From Candidatus Saccharimonadota bacterium (GTDB lineage Bacteria; Patescibacteriota; Saccharimonadia; Saccharimonadales; Saccharimonadaceae): a stretch of DNA of 64,000 bases. Each line of letters opens with the position of its first letter. Positions within the stretch are counted from its first letter, which is position 1. A model generated the notes under the pieces. The model searched no databases, was not told where the DNA came from, and saw only the letters and a program-made list of their open reading frames with translations. The DNA lies in contig JAPUEH010000009.1 of the NCBI GenBank assembly GCA_027492635.1, forward strand, positions 48-64,047. The letters are read 5' to 3'. Below are positions 57,371 to 64,000 of the stretch, one piece after another. Both the position numbers and the translations under genes were made by a program.

Positions 57371-58088
57371 CCTTGAGTAGATAAAAACGCTCGCGATTAC
57401 CCTTGGCACCCGCCACTTCGCTATCTCGTTTGTCTTGCGTCACAAAATACTGTCGTGACCAATCTTCAAAATCTCGCAAGATCTGGCGGCGCACCGCGTC
57501 GTTTTTAATCACACCTTTATTCACCTGGTGCTTGCCGGCTTCGAACTGCGGTTTGAGCATGGCCACAATTTGGGTGTTCTTATCACTGAGATTTTTGGCA
57601 ATATGCGGCAAAATCTCACGAAGAGAAATAAATGATACGTCCATAACAATAATATCTGGTTTTTTGTCGAGGCTGAAATCACGAATATCCGTTTTTTCAT
57701 GCAACTCTATCCGTTTATCGCTTCTGAGGCTCGGGTGCAACTGCTCGGTACCGACATCCACCGCCCACACCTTGCGCACGCCGTGCTGCAGCGCATAATC
57801 CGTAAATCCACCAGTGCTCGACCCGACGTCCAGAACTGTCTTACCTGCAAACTCCACACCCAGCAGCTGCGCCACGCTCGCCAGCTTCAATCCCGCTCGG
57901 CTGACATATCGCTCGGTCTCATGTAGACGCACCACGTCTTTTTCGCTCACAAACGTGCCAGGTTTGGTAACCACGCGCCCATTGACCGTCACATTGCCCA
58001 ACTTAATCGCGCCTTCGGCCTGCGACCGTGTAGGCACTAGCTTGCGACTCGAAAGGTACGCGTCAAGACGCTGTTTCACCGAGCTCAT
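57360..58088 (-). CDS. tlyA: TlyA family rRNA (cytidine-2'-O)-methyltransferase
   Basis: The start is chosen at MSSVKQRLDAYL (S4 domain). The SAM motif is VLDVGSSTGGFTD. The ORF-track N-terminal extension is Arg/Cys-rich and not protein-like. Confidence 0.9.
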   Translation of the reverse strand: MSSVKQRLDAYLSSRKLVPTRSQAEGAIKLGNVTVNGRVVTKPGTFVSEKDVVRLHETERYVSRAGLKLASVAQLLGVEFAGKTVLDVGSSTGGFTDYALQHGVRKVWAVDVGTEQLHPSLRSDKRIELHEKTDIRDFSLDKKPDIIVMDVSFISLREILPHIAKNLSDKNTQIVAMLKPQFEAGKHQVNKGVIKNDAVRRQILRDFEDWSRQYFVTQDKRDSEVAGAKGNRERFYLLKAIH

Positions 58089-58548
58089 ACCTCTCAATAT
58101 CACGCCAATTCTCGCCGCGCCGACGCTGCGCCAGACGAAGCCGATCAATAAACACCGCTTGACCTTCTGCAATGCCACTGTCGCCAATATAGGTGGAGTG
58201 CGGCGCATAACGCTCGCCAGCAAACGTTGTATCGACAGCGAATTCCCTACCCAGAGCACCCGCAAGCACCTGCTGGTGCAGCAACGAAAGCACCTCGCTG
58301 CTAAAACGACGCACGCGAATTTCTCGACGATGTATCTGCTCCTCGGTACCAAAAAATTCTTCTTGTTCCCCCACAAGCCGTACCGCCTGCGCGCCCAATG
58401 TCGCATGGCGGATACATTCAATCAGCTCTTCCGTTCGACTCGTATCGTGTCGAAATGGCGGCAGCACCGTCACATGCAGCGGCAAGCCGGCCCTGCCACG
58501 AAGCGACTCATCCAGAGGAGCATACAGAATCGACTTGATTTCACTCAC
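58063..58548 (-). CDS. 2H phosphoesterase / 2'-5' RNA ligase (LigT-like) family protein
   Basis: 161 aa with two HxT/S-type motifs (LHVTV and PHSTY). Confidence 0.6.
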   Translation of the reverse strand: MSEIKSILYAPLDESLRGRAGLPLHVTVLPPFRHDTSRTEELIECIRHATLGAQAVRLVGEQEEFFGTEEQIHRREIRVRRFSSEVLSLLHQQVLAGALGREFAVDTTFAGERYAPHSTYIGDSGIAEGQAVFIDRLRLAQRRRGENWRDIERYELGETAS

Positions 58549-58554
58549 CCAGGA

Positions 58555-59115
58555 TTACTTCTTTCGTTCGCGATATTCGCCCGTCGCCGTGTCGACCGAC
58601 ACCATGTCGCCCGTTTTGATAAACGCCGGCACCTTGATCACCTTGCCAGTTTCGAGTGTCGCATCTTTGAGCACACTACTCGTGGTGTCGCCTTTTACTA
58701 CATCTTCGGCGTAGGTCACTTCGAGGTAGAGATTTTTTGGTAGCTCGACATTAATTACCTTGTCGCCAAAAAACTGCAGCGAAAGCTCGTCGCCTTCTTT
58801 GAGGTAGTCAGAGGCGGTATCGACAACATCTGCACTCAACTCAAACTGCTCGAAACTTTCCGGATCCATAAAGTTAAACGCATCGCCACTCTGGTAAAGA
58901 TATTGAACAGTTTTGTTGCTCACTTCGGCTGGCTCAATCTTGTCCTGGCCTTTAAACGTCTTAGGGATCACACTGCCGTCAATCAGGTTTTTGAGTTTGA
59001 CGTTAACGATAGAGCCGCCGCGTCCCATCACTTTTTGCCCATACTCTACCACGCGATATGGCTTGCCGTCGATTTGGCAGACAGTTCCTTTTTTTAGATC
59101 AGTTGGCTGGTACAT
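58555..59115 (-). CDS. efp: Elongation factor P (Arg32-type loop)
   Basis: 186 aa: KKGTVCQIDGKPYRVVEYGQKVMGRGGSIVNVKLKNL, with three OB/KOW-like domains. Confidence 0.95.
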   Translation of the reverse strand: MYQPTDLKKGTVCQIDGKPYRVVEYGQKVMGRGGSIVNVKLKNLIDGSVIPKTFKGQDKIEPAEVSNKTVQYLYQSGDAFNFMDPESFEQFELSADVVDTASDYLKEGDELSLQFFGDKVINVELPKNLYLEVTYAEDVVKGDTTSSVLKDATLETGKVIKVPAFIKTGDMVSVDTATGEYRERKK

Positions 59116-59188
59116 GTGGTCTCCTTTATAATAAATTTCGCGTATGTAGCCAGCGCACCGATGTCGATGCGCTTAAAACAGATGCGAA

Positions 59189-59386
59189 CTAGTTGCTCGT
59201 GACAAATGGCAGTAGTGCCAAATGACGTGCACGCTTGATAGCGGTTGCGAGCTGTCGCTGTTGCTTGACGCTCAGGCCAGTTTTGCCGATTGGCTCAATC
59301 TTGCCGTATGGGTCAATATAGCGAAGTAGTGTCTTCGCGTCTTTGTAGTCAAAATACGCTGGGGTATCTTTTTTAAATCGTTTCAT
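59189..59386 (-). CDS. rpsR: 30S ribosomal protein S18
   Basis: 65 aa: [50 protein letters not shown]. Confidence 0.96.
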   Translation of the reverse strand: MKRFKKDTPAYFDYKDAKTLLRYIDPYGKIEPIGKTGLSVKQQRQLATAIKRARHLALLPFVTSN

Positions 59387-59413
59387 TATTCCTATTACCT
59401 ATTTAAATCCTAA

Positions 59414-59845
59414 TTAAAATGGAATCTCACTCAAATCAATCGGCTTATCATCGATATCTTCTGGAGCGACGTCCTTTGTTTGTCTGCTTGACGACGCTGG
59501 AGCGCTTGCACCGCCACCATCACCATTTGGCCCATCGAGGAATGTCACATCAAATGCGGTCACTTCTACTCGGCTGCGTTTTTTGCCAGTTTCTTTGTCA
59601 TCCCAGCTATCTTGGCGCAGGCGACCCTGCACAAGACAGCGGCGACCCTTGCTCAAATACTGCGCGACAAGCTCACCAGTCTTTTCCCATGCGGTCACAT
59701 CGAAAAAGTCAGCTTGATCATCTTGTCCACCGCGATCAACTGCCAAGCTAAAGCTCGTGACGCTTTTGCCGCTTGCAGTGGTGCGAACTTCTGGGTCTCG
59801 CGTGAGACGACCCATCAGCATTACTTGGTTGATTCCTCGTGCCAT
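59414..59845 (-). CDS. ssb: Single-stranded DNA-binding protein
   Basis: MARGINQVMLMGRLTRDPEVRTT...; OB fold, Gly-rich linker and an acidic C-terminal tip ending DLSEIPF. Confidence 0.95.
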   Translation of the reverse strand: MARGINQVMLMGRLTRDPEVRTTASGKSVTSFSLAVDRGGQDDQADFFDVTAWEKTGELVAQYLSKGRRCLVQGRLRQDSWDDKETGKKRSRVEVTAFDVTFLDGPNGDGGGASAPASSSRQTKDVAPEDIDDKPIDLSEIPF

Positions 59846-59876
59846 TGCTTAGACTCCCTTATCCCTAACTTCTAAA

Positions 59877-60224
59877 TTATTTCTCTTCAGATTCTGACGC
59901 TTCAGCGTTTTTTGCGGCTTCAGCGAGAGCTGCGCGACCTTTTTCGTCCACAGTCACTAGCAAGTAGCGCAACACTTCTTCGGTGATGTTGAGCGTGTTG
60001 CTGATTTTGAGCGGTGCGTCAGATGGAAGCTTGACGTCCATGTAGACATACACGGCAAAATCTTCTTTGTTAATCTTATACGCAAGTTTTTTCTTGCCCC
60101 AATTGTCTTCTTTGACAATTTCGCCACCCGCATTCTTGATGATATCGCGCACATTTGTCAGTGGCTTTTCGATATCTGCCTCAAGATCCGGGTGAATGAG
60201 TACGGTTAATTCGTATTCTTTCAC
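59877..60224 (-). CDS. rpsF: 30S ribosomal protein S6
   Basis: MKEYELTVLIHPDL...NWGKKKLAYKI, in the rpsF-ssb-rpsR order. Confidence 0.95.
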   Translation of the reverse strand: MKEYELTVLIHPDLEADIEKPLTNVRDIIKNAGGEIVKEDNWGKKKLAYKINKEDFAVYVYMDVKLPSDAPLKISNTLNITEEVLRYLLVTVDEKGRAALAEAAKNAEASESEEK

Positions 60225-60364
60225 TAGTTTCCTCCTCTGGAATCCTATTGGATGCCTATATTCTGGTATAGGCTCGAGTTAATAACAGTAGTAATTATAC
60301 ACCATTACTGTGGAAAAATCCAGACTGAGCAATTCTAGGCGTCACTTCGTAGTACAATAGGTAC

Positions 60365-60868
60365 ATGCTACAGACGGTAAAAGGTAGATACCTCTGGATT
60401 TTTCTTAGTTTTCCTTTTTCATATGCCGTCGGACTGTATGTCATTTACCTGCTGAACTCTCTGCGTATCACCAGCATCCAGTTGTCCGACATCGTTGTCA
60501 TTACAGCGTTTGCACCAGTACTCTACTATCTCCTGGCCTACTTTTTCATTGTGCGACAAGCTGGGCGTGCCTACGCGCTTATCATTGGCCTGTTCATTAC
60601 CGCAATCCCTATTTCACTAGGATTTGCTCTTGATGGCGGCTACTCATCAATCCATGCCAGTATAAGCGTGCTGCTGATGTTTCTTTCGGCCATGATCGGT
60701 CCAGTGGCGATCCTCGGCCTCGGATGGATCCATACTTATGGGATTTGTGCTTGCGGCAGCAGGCACTCTCGGAGGCAACACCACGGAAGGAGGTGGTCTC
60801 TTTTTGCTCGCCTATGCAGGAGGAGGTCTAGGAGGGTGGCTTGTATTCCACCGTGGCTATACGCATGA
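60365..60868 (+). CDS. Polytopic membrane segment, probably the frameshifted N-terminal sensor domain of the downstream histidine kinase
   Basis: The first ~125 codons are TM helices. After about 60738 the frame turns into an Arg-rich, non-protein-like tail, while the +1 frame continues as hydrophobic kinase sequence. Confidence 0.45.
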   Translation: MLQTVKGRYLWIFLSFPFSYAVGLYVIYLLNSLRITSIQLSDIVVITAFAPVLYYLLAYFFIVRQAGRAYALIIGLFITAIPISLGFALDGGYSSIHASISVLLMFLSAMIGPVAILGLGWIHTYGICACGSRHSRRQHHGRRWSLFARLCRRRSRRVACIPPWLYA

Positions 60869-61985
60869 AAGTCAAACTGTCAGCGACATACGCCATACTC
60901 TACACGAAGAACAACTCAAGAGCGCCGCTCTTCTCGCCTCATTAAGCGATGGTATTATCGTCGTAAGTGTCCATGGAAACGTACAACTTTGCAGTGATAT
61001 TGCGCTCACCTATCTTGGCGCCGAGCGTGGCGATGTACTCCATAAATCATACGAAACACTTTTTACCCAAGCCTCAATCGCCACCAACCCGTCTACGGCC
61101 ATCAGCCATGCTATAGCCGACAAGCTACCCACCACTATCAAACTCATCTCTATTCACCAGAAAAACCAACCTCATCCGCTCGACCTTTCTGCAAGTGTTC
61201 AGCCCATTATCAACGAAGATGGCGACGTTGGGGCCTACATGATTACACTCCATGACATCTCCAGTTTTTCTCGTGCAGAACGTCTAAAAAGCGACTTTAT
61301 CTCGATGGCGGGACATGAGTTGCGTACACCCATGACGGTGATTGCCGGCTATAGCGACCTGCTACTCAACCCAACGTTTGGCAAGCTGAACAAAGAGCAG
61401 CAAAAATTCGTTGAGCGCACCAAGCAAACGACAGAGCACCTCATCCATTTCGTCAATAACATGCTCGACATAAATCGCCTTGAGAGTGGACAGCAAGACG
61501 ACCGTCCAGAGGTCGTCAATCTTGCAGAAGAGTGCAAACATATACTCGCATCGTTTCGGGCGCGCTTCAAACAAAAGCACATCCGTGTTCATACTCACCT
61601 GCCCGCCAACGACGTATTTGTAAAAGTAGACAGGAGCCGTCTCCAGCAAGTATTTGATAACCTTCTTTCAAATGCCCACACCTACTCCGATGAGCGCGGT
61701 GAAATCACCATCGACATACATACAGATACCGACACCATCGCTATCTCTATTGGAGATAACGGACAAGGTATCAGCACAGACAATCAAAAGATTATTTTCA
61801 ACAAGTTTAGCCGTCTTAGCGTCGACACCTCTGCAGAAGGTACCGGCTTGGGACTCGCCATAAGCCGCGAAATCGTCCATGGCTGGGGTGGTATAATCAA
61901 CGTAGAAAGCGATGGCGTGCACGGCTCGACATTCCGTTTCACTATACCACGCTATAAGCTCAAGCAACAAAAGGAGACATTATGA
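60738..61985 (+). CDS. Sensor histidine kinase (TM - PAS-like - HisKA - HATPase_c)
   Basis: The H-box is SDFISMAGHELRTPMT, the N-box LLSNAHTYS, and the G-boxes IGDNGQGIS and GTGLGLAISREIV. Confidence 0.9.
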   Translation: MGFVLAAAGTLGGNTTEGGGLFLLAYAGGGLGGWLVFHRGYTHESQTVSDIRHTLHEEQLKSAALLASLSDGIIVVSVHGNVQLCSDIALTYLGAERGDVLHKSYETLFTQASIATNPSTAISHAIADKLPTTIKLISIHQKNQPHPLDLSASVQPIINEDGDVGAYMITLHDISSFSRAERLKSDFISMAGHELRTPMTVIAGYSDLLLNPTFGKLNKEQQKFVERTKQTTEHLIHFVNNMLDINRLESGQQDDRPEVVNLAEECKHILASFRARFKQKHIRVHTHLPANDVFVKVDRSRLQQVFDNLLSNAHTYSDERGEITIDIHTDTDTIAISIGDNGQGISTDNQKIIFNKFSRLSVDTSAEGTGLGLAISREIVHGWGGIINVESDGVHGSTFRFTIPRYKLKQQKETL

Positions 61986-62404
61986 AACTACTGATCATAG
62001 AAGACAACAAAGACTTGCAAGGTATTTATCAGCACAACTTCCAAGCCGCTGGACACACTGTTGCTGTCGCCGACAACGGACTTGATGGACTCAACGTTGC
62101 GGTCGAGTTTCAGCCAGATATCGTCTTGCTCGATATCATGACGCCAGAAATGGATGGATACGGTTTTCTCACCGCGCTCCACAACAATACTTCACTAACA
62201 CCGTTTGTGGTTGCGTGCTCAAACATTAGTCAAGCGGACGATATAGAGGCTGCCAAGCAAGCTGGTGCCGAAGTTTTTCTTCGCAAAAGCGATTATGTCG
62301 GCGCGGAGCTCATTAAAGCAGTCGAGGAGGCCTACGCTGCACGAGACATGCGACCCAAACAAATCATCGAAGAACCCGCACCAATAGACGACGAGCAGTT
62401 TTAG
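61982..62404 (+). CDS. Stand-alone response-regulator receiver domain (CheY-like)
   Basis: 140 aa: MKLLIIEDNKD ... DIVLLDIMTPEMDG ... with no output domain. It overlaps the kinase stop by 4 nt. Confidence 0.9.
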   Translation: MKLLIIEDNKDLQGIYQHNFQAAGHTVAVADNGLDGLNVAVEFQPDIVLLDIMTPEMDGYGFLTALHNNTSLTPFVVACSNISQADDIEAAKQAGAEVFLRKSDYVGAELIKAVEEAYAARDMRPKQIIEEPAPIDDEQF

Positions 62405-64000
62405 CCCAATTCATCCAAACTACCGATTAGTACATCTCGCGGACGCGCACCGTCCGCTGGTCCAATCACGCCCTGCTCTTCCATCTCTTCGATGAGCCGA
62501 GCGGCACGTGCATAGCCAACCCGCAACCGACGCTGCAAGAGGCTCGCGCTTGCCTTTTTACTTTCTACCACCACACGCACCGCATCCTTGTACATATCAT
62601 CGCTAGAGCCGCCGCTGTCAAAATCCATCACCGTACTACCCTTGCCACTCAACTGCACGGGCTGTGCCACAATCTCATCGTTGTACTGCGGCGCACTCTG
62701 CATCCGCAGATGATCGGTAATTTTGAGTACTTCTTCGTCTGTCACCCATGCACCTTGCACACGCTTTGGCTTACTCATACTCGCCGTCTTCATCAGCATG
62801 TCACCCTGTCCAAGCAACTTTTCAGCACCCATCACATCGAGAATTGTACGACTATCTACTTGGCTTGCCACTGTAAACGCGATACGTGCCGGTACGTTAG
62901 CTTTGATAAGCCCCGTAATGACGTCGACACTTGGACGCTGGGTCGCGAGCACCAAATGGATACCAACCGCACGTGCCTTTTGCGCGAGGCGTACAATCAA
63001 CGCCTCAACGTCACGGGCTGCGAGCATCATCAGATCCGCCAACTCGTCTATCACGACGACGATATACGGCATCGTTCCTTCTTCATGCTCCTGCATGTTG
63101 CCGTCATCATCCTCGACGGCAATCTTGCGCCCACGTTGGCGCAGACGTTTATTGTAGCTCTCTATCTCGCGTACTTTTTCTTCGGCGAGCAACTTATAGC
63201 GACGCTCCATCTCGTTGACCGCCCATTTGAGCGCGCTAATCGTCTTTTCCGGCTCATTGATCACAGGCGTGAGCAAGTGAGGAATGTCTTCATATGGCGC
63301 CATCTCCACTTGTTTAGGATCGACAAGGATGAGTTTCATTTCACTAGGACTGTTGCGATACAAAAGACTGGTGAGCAACGTATTAATCATCACTGATTTA
63401 CCCGAGCCCGTCTGGCCTGCAATAAGAAGGTGCGGCATTTTGTTGAGCTCGCCCACTACGGCCTGTCCAGAGATATCTTTACCAATCGCAAAGCTCAGCG
63501 GCTGCGCACCTGTTTTCCACTGTTTGGACTCCAAAATACCATAGAGTCGCACATCGGCCGCGCGCAGGTTTGGCACCTCGATACCGACAGCCTTTTGGCC
63601 AGGGATAGGTGCTTCGATACGAAGACTTTGTGCTGCGAGATTGAGCGCGATATTGGTCTCTAAAGCCGTAATACGCGTCAGCTTGACACCGCTTGGTGGC
63701 CTGAGCGTATATTGCGTCACCTTTGGCCCGATATTGGCGTCTTCCATCTCCACATCAATATTAAATTCACTTAACGTCTCTTTGATTGTGAGTGCGTTTT
63801 GCTGCACGTCCCCAGCATCTGCTGGCTTCTGCTTTTTTTCGAGCAAATCAAGGCTTGGCGGTTGCCAGTTTGGGTCAGTCACCGCCACAAGCGCTTGTCG
63901 TTCTTCGGCGTGCTTGTCTTGCTGAACACTGCCACGCAAGCTAGAGAGACGTGGCTTAGACTTTTCTTCGGTGTGGTCTGTCGGGACGTTGACATTGAGC
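62401..64000 (-). CDS. ftsK: DNA translocase FtsK/SpoIIIE, C-terminal motor + gamma domain (5' end outside the window)
   Basis: HLLIAGQTGSGKSVMINT (Walker A), VVVIDELADLMM (Walker B) and the C-terminal winged-helix gamma domain (LLQRRLRVGYARAARLIEEME). The frame stays open to the window edge. Confidence 0.93.
   Translation of the reverse strand, partial: LNVNVPTDHTEEKSKPRLSSLRGSVQQDKHAEERQALVAVTDPNWQPPSLDLLEKKQKPADAGDVQQNALTIKETLSEFNIDVEMEDANIGPKVTQYTLRPPSGVKLTRITALETNIALNLAAQSLRIEAPIPGQKAVGIEVPNLRAADVRLYGILESKQWKTGAQPLSFAIGKDISGQAVVGELNKMPHLLIAGQTGSGKSVMINTLLTSLLYRNSPSEMKLILVDPKQVEMAPYEDIPHLLTPVINEPEKTISALKWAVNEMERRYKLLAEEKVREIESYNKRLRQRGRKIAVEDDDGNMQEHEEGTMPYIVVVIDELADLMMLAARDVEALIVRLAQKARAVGIHLVLATQRPSVDVITGLIKANVPARIAFTVASQVDSRTILDVMGAEKLLGQGDMLMKTASMSKPKRVQGAWVTDEEVLKITDHLRMQSAPQYNDEIVAQPVQLSGKGSTVMDFDSGGSSDDMYKDAVRVVVESKKASASLLQRRLRVGYARAARLIEEMEEQGVIGPADGARPRDVLIGSLDELG

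Noticed and set aside
57814-58743. 309-aa plus-strand ORF; similar long antisense ORFs include 23093-23623, 27545-28069, 28478-29041, 21571-22179, 43643-44299, 45768-46439 and 62710-63396
   Set aside because: Each is fully antisense to a confidently identified gene (tlyA/LigT/efp, miaA, clpB, MBL/wHTH, pilD, pilC/pilT, ftsK). Their Arg/Ser/Cys-rich composition is typical of shadow ORFs.

Overview
This is a 64-kb chromosomal window from a small-genome bacterium with a monoderm-style gene set. The partial 16S gene at the left edge contains sequences I recall as Saccharibacteria (TM7) FISH-probe targets. I therefore treat the window as Saccharibacteria/Patescibacteria (CPR), which is an inference that needs a database search.

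Most of the window is housekeeping:
- replication and recombination: gyrB-gyrA, a XerC/D-type recombinase, ssb, ftsK
- translation: infC-rpmI-rplT, rpmB, rpsF-ssb-rpsR, efp, thrS, miaA, tlyA, ychF
- stable RNAs: tmRNA, RNase P RNA and five tRNAs
- other: comM, clpB, nrdR, sodA, ndk

The accessory or notable content is:
1. A complete secretin-less type IV pilus locus (39.6-56.2 kb). Its head is a separate transcription unit encoding a 1115-aa secreted protein and a SurA-like membrane protein.
2. A VirD4/TraD-like coupling-type ATPase (1023 aa) with a Pro/Gln-rich tail. It sits in a three-gene operon with no other conjugation or T4SS genes nearby.
3. A 1.8-kb stretch with no credible ORF immediately 3' of ssrA (11.76-13.56 kb). 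It has two outward-facing consensus promoters, strong C>G skew and dense hairpins.
4. Several unannotated RNA or regulatory candidates: a T-box-like thrS leader, a rod-shaped ~125-nt RNA upstream of a PH-domain gene, a ~137-nt RNA upstream of tRNA-Pro, and a CIRCE operator on clpB.
5. Duplicated tRNA-Val 3'-end fragments that look like att scars.
6. A 38-codon leaderless micro-gene with its own promoter and terminator.

I saw no CRISPR array, transposase, reverse transcriptase or intact prophage. RNA ends and promoter calls were read by eye and are approximate. ORF coordinates include the stop codon.
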